A DNA stretch of 64,000 bases from an uncultured Rickettsiales bacterium (GTDB lineage: Bacteria; Pseudomonadota; Alphaproteobacteria; Rickettsiales; SXRF01), in assembly GCA_964645205.1 (NCBI GenBank), contig CAZYBO010000003.1, positions 634-64,633 of the forward strand, in the 5' to 3' direction. Both the position numbers and the translations under genes were made by a program. This document shows, in pieces, positions 26,557-35,381 of this stretch (positions within the stretch are counted from its first letter, which is position 1; each line of letters begins with the position of its first letter). The notes beneath the pieces are model-generated. The model ran no database searches. It had not been told where the DNA came from and saw only the letters and a program-made list of their open reading frames with translations.

Positions 26557-28482
26557 ATGATAGACATCCGCCTCATCACCATCCTGCCGACACAGACTGC
26601 GCAGGGCGTGCAGCAGGCGCAGTCCACCACGTTCGGCGCAGGCGGCGGCGTGGGATCTATTCTGGCCAGCCTGCCTACGGGGTCGATATTGAGCGGCTTC
26701 ATCGTCAACCGCGACCCGGCGGGTAATCCGATATTGCGCAGCGAAAGCGGCGACGTGGTATTTTCTACCAATTTTTTCCTGAAAATCGGCAGCGAAGTAG
26801 TGATACGCGTGGAAAATCGCGCAGGCGCGCCGCAGGCGCATATCCTCACCGTCAACGGCCAGCCACCGGAAATTGCCGAGGGGCAGTCTGGCTTTGCAGG
26901 CGACCCGGAAGTTATTTTAGGCAGCGGACTTACGCCGAAGGAACAACCTGCAGCGCCAGTGCCGCCACAGGCAAGGACAACGCAAGCAGCACCCCAGCAG
27001 CAACCTTTTGCAACCACAACAACCGGCAATGTGCAGGCGCAACCGCCGCGCACGACTCCGGCCATCGTGGTGACCGGCACGCTGCTTTCCACACCCGCAC
27101 CGCAGACAATACAGCAACCGCAAGCAGAAGCGCCGTTGCAGCCGGGCACGCAATTCACGCTTAAAATCCTTTCGCTGTCCGTGCCGGGTGAAACGCCCGC
27201 GCAGCCCGCTGCCAATCCGCAAGCCCCCACGCCGGGGACGCCTGTATCCTACGCGGCATACGCCACGAAGCCCGGAACACCCCTTGCCCCTCCGCCCGCA
27301 AATCCGCAAGCGCCCGCAGCTAATGTTACGGTAGCGGGAAATACGCCGGTAGCAACAGCTGCGCTTTCTACCGTAGCGACAGTGCCGCAGCAGCCACAAC
27401 AACAACCCGGCGGCGCGCAACCTCCTGTCACGATACCGCAAGCTGCGCCCGCGCAAGCAATCCCAGCGCAGGCTACAACGCCACAGTTACCACAGGTCGC
27501 CACGCCCCCTGCCCCCGTGATCAGACCAGAGGTAGGGCAAAGTTTCATCGCCACCGTAATCGGCAACGAGCCGAACGGCGAGGCGCTGCTGCAAACGCCT
27601 TCAGGCATCGTGCGATTGCAGCCGGGCACGCAACTGCCCACAGGCAGCAAAGTAACGTTGGAAATAGCGCGCATTACACCACCGATTACGCAACAGGCGG
27701 TGCAAGCCCCGGGCGCGGCGCAGCCCCTGCCGCCGCTTGTGTCGGTTGCGCGGCAATGGGAATCGCTGCAACAAATCGCAGCGCTGCTTTCCGCGGCGGG
27801 AAGTCCCGGTGGAGTGGACGGCAGCGAGCCGGGCATCGCGGCCAACCTGCCATGGCTGATCGCTGGGGCGCCTTCGCAACAGGGCGCAGCCAACCTCAAC
27901 CCGCAGCATATTTCCGCCGGTTTGATGTTTTTCATGACGGCGCTGCGCGGCAACGATTTCCGCAGCTGGCTGGGCAAGGATAATGTGAAGTGGCTGGAAA
28001 AAAACGGCCATGAGGCGCTGGTCAAAAAAGCCGAGGGCGAATTCGCCAGCATCGCCCGCCCGTTTGCCGAACCAACCCAACCGCACCACTGGCAGACGCT
28101 GTTTTTCCCGCTGGCGGTGGCCGGTGAATGGCAGCAGGTGCGCATGTTCATCAAGCGCGATAAAAAACAGGGCGGCGATCGCCAGCAGACAAAAAGCGAG
28201 GAAGATACGCGCTTCGTGGTGGAAGTGGAACTTTCCCAACTCGGTGAAATGCAGATGGACGGCTTCGTGCGCAGGCAGGAAAAAGACGTGGAATTCGATC
28301 TTTTTATCCGAAGCCTCACGCCGCTGGATAACGCAATCCAGCAAGATATATCCCGCATCTACACCCAGACCGGCGAACTGACCGGCTACCGCGGCCAGCT
28401 TGTGTTTCAAGCGGTTAAAGAATTCCCCGTGCACCCGATGGAAGAGGTGATGGCGCAGGGGATGCGGGATGTGATTGCCTAA
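26557..28482 (+). CDS. Pro/Gln-rich FliK-like (hook-length control-like) protein, tentative
   Basis: Follows flhF-flhG. Long P/Q/A-rich centre. The C-terminal segment RFVVEVELSQLGEMQMDGFVR...DLFIRS resembles the Flg_hook fold pattern. No clear SD. Confidence 0.45.
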   Translation: MIDIRLITILPTQTAQGVQQAQSTTFGAGGGVGSILASLPTGSILSGFIVNRDPAGNPILRSESGDVVFSTNFFLKIGSEVVIRVENRAGAPQAHILTVNGQPPEIAEGQSGFAGDPEVILGSGLTPKEQPAAPVPPQARTTQAAPQQQPFATTTTGNVQAQPPRTTPAIVVTGTLLSTPAPQTIQQPQAEAPLQPGTQFTLKILSLSVPGETPAQPAANPQAPTPGTPVSYAAYATKPGTPLAPPPANPQAPAANVTVAGNTPVATAALSTVATVPQQPQQQPGGAQPPVTIPQAAPAQAIPAQATTPQLPQVATPPAPVIRPEVGQSFIATVIGNEPNGEALLQTPSGIVRLQPGTQLPTGSKVTLEIARITPPITQQAVQAPGAAQPLPPLVSVARQWESLQQIAALLSAAGSPGGVDGSEPGIAANLPWLIAGAPSQQGAANLNPQHISAGLMFFMTALRGNDFRSWLGKDNVKWLEKNGHEALVKKAEGEFASIARPFAEPTQPHHWQTLFFPLAVAGEWQQVRMFIKRDKKQGGDRQQTKSEEDTRFVVEVELSQLGEMQMDGFVRRQEKDVEFDLFIRSLTPLDNAIQQDISRIYTQTGELTGYRGQLVFQAVKEFPVHPMEEVMAQGMRDVIA

Positions 28483-28487
28483 AGGAA

Positions 28488-28517
28488 CATCCCTCCCCCT
28501 TATGCGGGAGAGGGATG
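28488..28517. repeat. solo family C-type hairpin (C4) between convergent FliK-like and curlin-like genes
   Basis: CATCCCTCCCCC-TTATGC-GGGAGAGGGATG, a 12-bp stem with one mismatch. Candidate bidirectional terminator. Confidence 0.6.
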
Positions 28518-28525
28518 AATAGGAC

Positions 28526-30382
28526 TTACTTCTGCACTACCGTCATCACGTTGCCGTTACCGGTCTGCAATACGTTAGCGTTGTTAAAAGTACCGAACTG
28601 CGAGATCGAGACATTATTAAGCATCCCCACCTGCTGGATCGAAGCGAGGTTGCTCATACCGTCCTGGTGGATGGAGGCGATATTCTCCGCACCGTCCTGC
28701 ATCAGACTTGCCTCGTTGAAATCCCCGCGAACTTCGATGCCTGCAACTTCGGTGCTGCCAGCCTGCCTTACTTTTGTTTTATTATCATTACCGGTGATCG
28801 CTACATTTGCCGTGTTACCGCCACCCAATATTTTCATATCGGTGATATTACGGTTACCGATCTGCCTGATCGTATCTTTGTTGTTATAGGCGGCTTCAAC
28901 CACCACGGCCTTGCTTGTCGCATCGGTAAGCGCATCGGTGGCCGCTACGTTGCCGTCACCGGTTTGTTCAAGCGTAAACGCGTTGGCAGTGGCATAGACG
29001 GAAGAATGCCAGACGCCACCCGTATTGCCGTTGCCTTTCTGGGCGATGGTCACGTCATTCGTGCTAACGGAATAGTCCCACTGGCGAGTCCTGAAGTCGG
29101 TGTTGCCTTCCCACGCGATAGCGCTGTTGTTGCTGCCTTCCTGGGTAACGTTCGTGATGCCCCAGAGACCAAGCTGCTTGACGCTGGCTGAATTGTTGTC
29201 GCCGCCCTGCTGAAGAATATTTGCGACGTTCACCCCCTTATCAAGCATGACAACGTACGTGTCGTAACCGGACTGTTCGATAGCAGCCGCGTTATTATTG
29301 CCGTGTTGCGTAATTTTTCCCTGATCCTGATAGGCGAACGAGTTGATAGCAGCACTGTTGGTATTGCCGATTTGCTCAATGCTGGCACTCATGTCACGTT
29401 CAGAGTCTCCATAACCCAAGCGCCCCTGCGTAATACGCGCGCCGTTATTATCGCCCATGATCACAATACTGCTACGCATGTTACTGAACAAATCACGAGT
29501 ACTTCCGGATAATATTGAAGAATTATTACCTGAACCCAATATACTGGTTGTGCTTGTAGTATTATTTGCGATCTGAAGATTAATACTAGAGTTTGAATTG
29601 CCGTATTGACTGAAGTTAATACTGCTATTGGCTCCTACAACAGCAACCGATGCATCATTAAAATTTCCATATTGCTCAAACTGAACCTGAGAATTACTAC
29701 TACCCCCATTAACTCGTGCTTTATTATTTTCTCCTATCTGACTAGCCAAGACGCTATTATTGTCGCCGCTATTTTCTACATATTCCATCGTGTTTGAAAG
29801 CCCTGACTGTGCGGCTTTTATGCGATTATTGTTACCAAATGTAGCAGCGTTCATAATGTTACCATCGCCTTGCTGCGTCAGGTCAAGGCTATTGTTCGTA
29901 CTGATAGGTTCATTATCATGCGGGAAAAAGTGTCTAACTCGCGCATTCAGCTTGTTTCCCGCACCATCCTGCTTTATGGCCACGGTGTTTGCGTTGCCTT
30001 TGACATCCACATCAACCTTATTAACATCTGGAAAAAATCCGTGATAATTCTGCGTAACTGACGTTTGGTTGTCGTTGCCCGCTTGCGACGCATTCAGCCT
30101 GTTTATGCCGGTGCCAGACGTTTGCGAGGCGGAAAGCGTATTACGGTTGCCCTCCTGCGTACCGCCGATGAAATCGTAGTTAGACGGAAAACTGCTTTCA
30201 TTGATCTGCTCGATACTGGCGACGTTACCGTTACCCGTCTGCGTGAACGGCGTAACCGGGACACCCGGTAAGGGAAGTCCCTGATTAACGCCTCCCACCG
30301 TGGCGGCGTAAGCAGGTATAATCGTAACAAAAGCAGAAACGGTCAGGATTGCCGTGGTGGTAAGCAGGGTACGCGTAAGCAT
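28526..30382 (-). CDS. secreted curlin-repeat (CsgA-like) protein, 618 aa
   Basis: Signal peptide ending AYA. About 30 units of G-x-x-N-x-(A/S)-x-(I/V)-x-Q counted by eye, e.g. QDGMSNLASIQQVGMLNNVSISQFGTFNNANVLQTGNGNVMTVVQ. Confidence 0.8.
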   Translation of the reverse strand: MLTRTLLTTTAILTVSAFVTIIPAYAATVGGVNQGLPLPGVPVTPFTQTGNGNVASIEQINESSFPSNYDFIGGTQEGNRNTLSASQTSGTGINRLNASQAGNDNQTSVTQNYHGFFPDVNKVDVDVKGNANTVAIKQDGAGNKLNARVRHFFPHDNEPISTNNSLDLTQQGDGNIMNAATFGNNNRIKAAQSGLSNTMEYVENSGDNNSVLASQIGENNKARVNGGSSNSQVQFEQYGNFNDASVAVVGANSSINFSQYGNSNSSINLQIANNTTSTTSILGSGNNSSILSGSTRDLFSNMRSSIVIMGDNNGARITQGRLGYGDSERDMSASIEQIGNTNSAAINSFAYQDQGKITQHGNNNAAAIEQSGYDTYVVMLDKGVNVANILQQGGDNNSASVKQLGLWGITNVTQEGSNNSAIAWEGNTDFRTRQWDYSVSTNDVTIAQKGNGNTGGVWHSSVYATANAFTLEQTGDGNVAATDALTDATSKAVVVEAAYNNKDTIRQIGNRNITDMKILGGGNTANVAITGNDNKTKVRQAGSTEVAGIEVRGDFNEASLMQDGAENIASIHQDGMSNLASIQQVGMLNNVSISQFGTFNNANVLQTGNGNVMTVVQK

Positions 30383-30440
30383 GGTTTCCTCACAAAAATA
30401 AATTTACATAGTATTCGCCTTAAACCTAAGCCTACTCTTG

Positions 30441-30460
30441 GTTTGTGACCGTTTCATGAC
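30441..30460 (-). promoter_or_regulatory. direct-repeat promoter box upstream of the curlin-like gene
   Basis: The minus strand reads GTCATGAAACGGTCACAAAC, about 60 nt upstream of the ATG. No good -10 at the 17-nt spacing. Confidence 0.35.
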
Positions 30461-30598
30461 GCTCGCGTGAACTTTTTGTTACAAGGTAGCGCATGCAGTT
30501 TCGTGCACCTTCTATATTAATACAGCGATGGAAAGATGCGGGGACGTACAGAGATTTCCCTGTATTTTTCACCCGTCAGGCGCTAAATCGTTAAGCCT

Positions 30599-31606
30599 AT
30601 GCTGAAAACCGCCCCCCGCCCTGCTGAAAAAACCGCCTCGCTGGATTCGCTGTATGCGTTGATCCGCGGTGACCTTGCGCGGGTGGATGAAACGATTTTA
30701 AAACGCGTGCGCAGCGAGGTGAGCCTGATCGAGGACATCGCGCGGCATATTATCGCGTCCGGCGGCAAGCGTATCCGCCCGGCGCTTACGCTGATCGCGT
30801 CGCAACTGTGCGGCTATACGGGGCAGCGGCATATCGCGCTCGCGGCCGCTATCGAATTTATCCATACGGCTACATTGCTGCACGACGATGTGGTGGATGA
30901 AAGCATCCTGCGCCGCGGGATGGACACAGCCAATGTGGTGTTCGGCAATAAGGGCAGCGTGCTGGTGGGTGATTTCCTGCTGTCGCAGGCCTTCCAGATG
31001 ATGGTGGAGGACGGCAATCCGAAAGTGCTGAAGATCCTCTCCGACGCATCCGCCATTATCGCCAAGGGCGAAGTGATGCAGCTCATGGCCGAGGGCGACC
31101 TCGACACGACGGTAGACGATTATTTACGCGTGATCTCTTCTAAAACCGCCGTGCTGTTCGCCGCCGCCTGCGAGCTGGGCGCGGTCGCCGCAGAACGTGA
31201 CGATTATGAGGCGACGCTGCGCGATTTCGGCATGCATATCGGCATTGCGTTTCAGCTTATCGACGACATGCTTGATTATTCCGCAAATCAGGAAACGCTC
31301 GGCAAAACCGTAGGCGACGATTTCCGCGAAGGCAAGATTACCCTGCCCGTCATCATCGCCTACCACGCAGGCACGGCGGAGGAAAAAACCTTCTGGCAAC
31401 GCTGTATGCGTGACCTCGACCAACACGACGGCGATCTGCGCACTGCCACCGCCCTGCTCCTGAAATACGACGCTTCCGCGCAAACCGCTGCCATGGCCAA
31501 ACGCTATTGCGCCAGCGCCGCCCACGCCCTCGCAGCCTTTCCCCAAAGCCCCGCCAAGGCCGCGATGCTCGATATGGTCGATTTCTGCGCTGCGCGGGCG
31601 TATTGA
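30599..31606 (+). CDS. ispB: octaprenyl-diphosphate (polyprenyl) synthase
   Basis: Two aspartate-rich motifs, LLHDDVVDES and QLIDDMLDY. Confidence 0.9.
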   Translation: MLKTAPRPAEKTASLDSLYALIRGDLARVDETILKRVRSEVSLIEDIARHIIASGGKRIRPALTLIASQLCGYTGQRHIALAAAIEFIHTATLLHDDVVDESILRRGMDTANVVFGNKGSVLVGDFLLSQAFQMMVEDGNPKVLKILSDASAIIAKGEVMQLMAEGDLDTTVDDYLRVISSKTAVLFAAACELGAVAAERDDYEATLRDFGMHIGIAFQLIDDMLDYSANQETLGKTVGDDFREGKITLPVIIAYHAGTAEEKTFWQRCMRDLDQHDGDLRTATALLLKYDASAQTAAMAKRYCASAAHALAAFPQSPAKAAMLDMVDFCAARAY

Positions 31607-31607
31607 C

Positions 31608-32288
31608 ATGCCGCCTGTTGCTGCCGCACACCTGCTCAACACGATTATCTGGAACCTTCCCAAAAAAACCTCGAAAAGACTTTATACATTCTCTTCTACG
31701 GCATCTTCCAGTGCGCTGGAATGGTCTCTGGCGGCTAACCTTACCTCATCCGATGCACGTGCAGCTATCTATGTCCGGCATGTGCAGGATGCACGAAAAC
31801 ATTCCGAAATGTTCCTCCACCATGTGAACGATATACGTAAGGAACAGGGCGAGCCCTCTCTACCGCACCCTAGAATAAGCCATGAAGCATTATTCAATTT
31901 GTTAGGCGAGATACGTTTTCTTGCGCTTATCCATCACACTAAGGAAAAAAACACTCGCCGATTCTCTTCTTATACCCGTTATTTTAATCGGAAAGGAAAT
32001 GTTCCCTTGGCCGCCTTATGCAATACCATACTGCAAGACGACATTCGGCATATGAACGCCGCTTATGAGTTGCTGGCCGGGCTGTGTGGCGATAAAGAGG
32101 CTGTACGCAGGGAATTATCGGCAGCACGGCTCCTAGATTTACGCAGACGATGGATGCACGCAGGCCGCATGCTCACCGGCAAGCTGTTTTTTATTATCAC
32201 TCTCCCGGTGTACCCGCTATTCCTGCCCTACAAACTGCTTATGCTGCGTGCGCGTACCACCATATCGCCGCATTGGAGCAAGCTGTAA
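31608..32288 (+). CDS. hypothetical protein, 226 aa, C-terminal hydrophobic helix
   Basis: Starts 1 nt after the ispB stop and ends 9 nt before the carbamoyltransferase. AT-richer than its neighbours. No family recognised. Confidence 0.45.
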   Translation: MPPVAAAHLLNTIIWNLPKKTSKRLYTFSSTASSSALEWSLAANLTSSDARAAIYVRHVQDARKHSEMFLHHVNDIRKEQGEPSLPHPRISHEALFNLLGEIRFLALIHHTKEKNTRRFSSYTRYFNRKGNVPLAALCNTILQDDIRHMNAAYELLAGLCGDKEAVRRELSAARLLDLRRRWMHAGRMLTGKLFFIITLPVYPLFLPYKLLMLRARTTISPHWSKL

Positions 32289-32297
32289 CAGGTTCAC

Positions 32298-34004
32298 ATG
32301 GCAAATATTCTTGGACTTTCGTTTGGGTATCATGATGCGGCAGCGGCGCTGATAATAGACGGAAATCTTGTCGCATGCATGCAGGAAGAACGCTTTACCC
32401 GCATTAAAAACGATGCTTCCTTCCCATACTTCGCCATCAACGCTTGCCTGCAGCAGGGTGGTATAACCACTGGCGATCTCGATCGTGTAGTTTTTTATGA
32501 GGATATATTCCTTAAAACAGAGCGCGTACTGCGAAACGCCGCTGCCGATTTTCCGCGTGCATGGAAACAATTCCCCATAGCAATCGCATCTCAATTCGGT
32601 GATAAAATATGGGTACTCGACCAGATTGCGGGGCGACTCAAAATTCCACGCAATAAAATCATCTGCGCCGAGCATCATTTAAGCCATGCGGCAAGTTGTT
32701 TCTTGCCTAGCCCGTTTACCGATGCCGCGATTATTACCGTAGATGGCGTTGGCGAAGATACAACAACCTCCATATGGCGTGGCGAAGGAAGCGCAGTAAC
32801 ACCGTTGCGGAATATCGCCTACCCGCATTCCATCGGCTTGCTTTATGCCGCGCTGACAGCCTATCTTGGCTTTGAGGTCAATTCAGGCGAATATAAGGTG
32901 ATGGGGCTAGCCGCCTTTGGCAAGCCTGCTTACAAAAATGCGTTCTCCAAAATGGTGAAGGTTTCTTCTGACGGCTCTTACCTTCTCAATCTTGATTTTT
33001 TTGCGCATCATACCGATACCGAGATGGGTTTTAGCGCAAAAATGGAAGCGTTGCTTGGAGCACGGCGCCAGCCCGGAAAGCCTTGGAATATCGAGCACGA
33101 TGCCGATGACCGGCGTTTCGCGGACATTGCCGCAAGTCTGCAATGGATCACCGAAGAATTAATGCTGGCGATTGCAAAGGAAGCCAAAAGACTTACCGGC
33201 TCTGAAAATCTGTGCCTTGCAGGTGGGGTAGCACTCAACTGCGTAGCAAACCGCAGGCTACTTAACGAAAGCGGATTTGCGCGGATGTTCGTGCAACCAG
33301 CCGCGGGCGATGCCGGTGGTGCGCTCGGCGCTGCGGCATGGGGAGCCATACAATGTGGCGACCCAAGGATCGCACCGCTTACTACCTGCGCATTAGGCAC
33401 AAAACCAAATCCTTCACGCGCGATCGCCTTATGCAAGGCGCTTGGGTTGCGCTATTCGCTGCCCGACGACGTTCATAGCGAAATCGCCAGCCAGTTGGCG
33501 CAACAGCGCATTGTCGCAGTGGTTAACGGACGCTTTGAATGGGGGCCGCGCGCGCTCGGCATGCGCTCGATCCTTGCGAACCCGCAGGAACAAAGCGTGC
33601 GTGACCGGCTTAATCTGATTGTCAAAAAGCGTGAGATTTTCCGTCCTTTTGCACCGGCAGTGTTGGCCACTGATGCGAACAGCTGGTTCGATGACATTGA
33701 CGAGGATATGTCGCCGTTCATGACCTCTATCGCTGTGGCAAAGCCTCACACGGCAGAACAAATTCCGGCTTGTGTGCATGTGGATGGCAGCTCGCGCACA
33801 CAGACGGTCACCGAGAATGCTTCCCCGGTCTTTTTTCATGTGCTGGAGCGTTTCAAAAATCTTACCGGCTTGCCGATTTTGCTAAATACATCGCTGAACG
33901 TGAACAATGAGCCTATTGTCGCTTCGGAAGCGGAAGCAATCAATTTCTTCCTCGCCACCCCGATTGAAACTATGGTGATCGAAAACGTAGTGATTGAGAG
34001 ATAG
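32298..34004 (+). CDS. carbamoyltransferase (NodU/CmcH family)
   Basis: N-terminal ILGLSFGYHDAAAALIIDG...EERFTRIKND and the conserved C-terminal carbamoyltransferase domain (...LNTSLNVNNEPIV). Confidence 0.9.
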   Translation: MANILGLSFGYHDAAAALIIDGNLVACMQEERFTRIKNDASFPYFAINACLQQGGITTGDLDRVVFYEDIFLKTERVLRNAAADFPRAWKQFPIAIASQFGDKIWVLDQIAGRLKIPRNKIICAEHHLSHAASCFLPSPFTDAAIITVDGVGEDTTTSIWRGEGSAVTPLRNIAYPHSIGLLYAALTAYLGFEVNSGEYKVMGLAAFGKPAYKNAFSKMVKVSSDGSYLLNLDFFAHHTDTEMGFSAKMEALLGARRQPGKPWNIEHDADDRRFADIAASLQWITEELMLAIAKEAKRLTGSENLCLAGGVALNCVANRRLLNESGFARMFVQPAAGDAGGALGAAAWGAIQCGDPRIAPLTTCALGTKPNPSRAIALCKALGLRYSLPDDVHSEIASQLAQQRIVAVVNGRFEWGPRALGMRSILANPQEQSVRDRLNLIVKKREIFRPFAPAVLATDANSWFDDIDEDMSPFMTSIAVAKPHTAEQIPACVHVDGSSRTQTVTENASPVFFHVLERFKNLTGLPILLNTSLNVNNEPIVASEAEAINFFLATPIETMVIENVVIER

Positions 34005-34006
34005 GT

Positions 34007-34183
34007 ATGATGCAGTTCATCCGCAATAAATGCACCACGCTTGGCCAGCTTTTTCGCTTCTTCTCCACGCCCAAACGCCGGAAATTCCTGCCCATGCTGG
34101 TGGTGCTGATGATCGTATGCGTTCTGCTCGCCTTCGCTAAGGGGCTGTCGGCAGTCGCACCTTTTATGTATACGTTGTTTTAA
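34007..34183 (+). CDS. DUF5989-like small membrane protein (58 aa), absent from the supplied ORF track
   Basis: Hand-translated: MMQFIRNKCTTLGQLFRFFSTPKRRKFLPMLVVLMIVCVLLAFAKGLSAVAPFMYTLF. Starts 2 nt after the carbamoyltransferase stop. The APF(I/M)YTLF ending matches my memory of DUF5989. Confidence 0.65.
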   Translation: MMQFIRNKCTTLGQLFRFFSTPKRRKFLPMLVVLMIVCVLLAFAKGLSAVAPFMYTLF

Positions 34184-34255
34184 GCATCCAGCGCCTAAGA
34201 ACGCCTTCATGCGACTTACGGAAGGCGTAAGCCATCCGAAGCCGAAGGCGTAGGA

Positions 34256-34332
34256 TGGTCGGAGTGAAAGGATTTGAACCTTCGACCCCTGCGTCCCGAA
34301 CGCAGTGCTCTACCGGGCTGAGCCACACTCCG
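34256..34332 (-). tRNA. tRNA-Pro (anticodon CGG), CCA encoded
   Basis: The reverse complement folds as a cloverleaf: acceptor CGGAGTG/CACTCCG, anticodon stem CTGCG/CGCAG with loop TTCGGGA, T-loop TTCAAAT. 77 nt. Confidence 0.93.
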
Positions 34333-34339
34333 ACACTGG

Positions 34340-34370
34340 GAAAAGATGGTCGCCAACATGAGTGGCGACC
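34340..34370 (-). terminator. Rho-independent terminator after the 34444-34632 ORF
   Basis: 8-bp stem GGTCGCCA/TGGCGACC with a 7-nt loop, followed on the minus strand by ATCTTTTCC. Confidence 0.5.
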
Positions 34371-34443
34371 CCGGAAGGCAACCTTATAACCAGTTCGCCG
34401 GGGCAGTGCAACAGCTTATGAGAGACTTTACGGCGGAAAGGGA

Positions 34444-34632
34444 TTAGCGAGCGTTCGACGGTTTCACGGAATGTCCAGAATCCGTATCCGTCTTGCCTAC
34501 CGTATCAACCCACGGCGCATCCACATGACGCAGGGATTCAACGACAGCTTTTGCTTCACTTGCTTTCAACTTCGTCCATTTACGACCTGAATCAAGAATT
34601 TGGTCTTCCGGTTTCTTTTTATCATTGTCCAT
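34444..34632 (-). CDS. small hypothetical protein, 62 aa
   Basis: Charged small ORF followed by a plausible terminator hairpin. No homology recognised. Confidence 0.35.
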   Translation of the reverse strand: MDNDKKKPEDQILDSGRKWTKLKASEAKAVVESLRHVDAPWVDTVGKTDTDSGHSVKPSNAR

Positions 34633-34877
34633 GGTATTTCCTGCGTTATTAGGGTTATTTGCCTTAACTGCCGCCTATTCTAGCGTATTTCGTCGCCCGC
34701 ACGCATGAAGATTTTGTGACAAAAAATCTGGCTGTTTTTCAGTATTATGCCCCCTTGCCAGGGTAATGCGGGCGGAGGGCATGCCGCCCTTCACACAATT
34801 GTCATATATATCCCGTTGAAACAGGGTAATAATTACGATAATTTGAGAGGGTAGAGGCATTTACAAGGCGGATAGGC

Positions 34878-35381
34878 ATGGTTGCGCCCACACCCAAAAG
34901 TGATTTTTTAAAGGATTCTGAAGCACAGCGCGACAAAGAAAAAGTCATGCGCAAGGGGCGCGTAAACTCGTTTTTCTACAGCGCCAGCGATACGTTTAAA
35001 TTTTTAGCTGCGGTAATGCTCGCCGCAGGCATGGGGATCATCGGTTCCGTGCTGAAAGAATTACCGAAAGAAGCGACGCTCAGCACGGCTCTTTCGGCTG
35101 TAGGCGGCTCTCAGGTCGGGCTTATCTTTCTTGCGGTTGCAGCTGTAACGACCGCTGTTGCAGTAGGTTCACAATACATTTCTTCGCGCTATAATCAAAC
35201 CGCGCAGTTTGATTCGCTGGAAATCAACGCCAAACATACCGCTAAATATCTTTCCAAGGAACTCCAACAGGACAGCAAATGCCTGACGGAAGAGCAGGCT
35301 GCCACGCGCGCAGACGGCAAGAGCTGGACGCAATATGTGGATGCGCGCAACCAGCAAGGCACTGCGCCGACGTTGCACTAG
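34878..35381 (+). CDS. hypothetical membrane protein with paired central hydrophobic segments
   Basis: ATG start. Two hydrophobic helices (FLAAVMLAAGMGIIGSVL and GLIFLAVAAVTTAVAVG). AT-rich islet next to the tRNA. Confidence 0.5.
   Translation: MVAPTPKSDFLKDSEAQRDKEKVMRKGRVNSFFYSASDTFKFLAAVMLAAGMGIIGSVLKELPKEATLSTALSAVGGSQVGLIFLAVAAVTTAVAVGSQYISSRYNQTAQFDSLEINAKHTAKYLSKELQQDSKCLTEEQAATRADGKSWTQYVDARNQQGTAPTLH

Noticed and set aside
26547-28358. Minus-strand ORFs 26547-27230 and 27249-28358 antisense to the FliK-like gene
   Set aside because: They are Cys/Gly/Arg-rich low-complexity translations of a P/Q/A-rich coding region. The single 641-aa plus-strand ORF spans the whole interval and fits the operon direction.
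30491-30509. Sigma-54-like sequence GGTGCACGAAACTGCATGC (minus strand) upstream of the curlin-like gene
   Set aside because: The invariant GG of the -24 element is TG, and the -24/-12 spacing is one nt short.
34808-34830. TGTCAT half-site upstream of the 34878 gene as another promoter-box copy
   Set aside because: Only one half-site is present, with no second (G/T)TCAT at the 11-12 bp periodicity.
34256-35381. tRNA-Pro-linked integrative island or prophage
   Set aside because: No integrase, excisionase or phage genes were seen, and no repeat of the tRNA 3' end could be spotted by eye. The interval is kept only as a low-level compositional observation.
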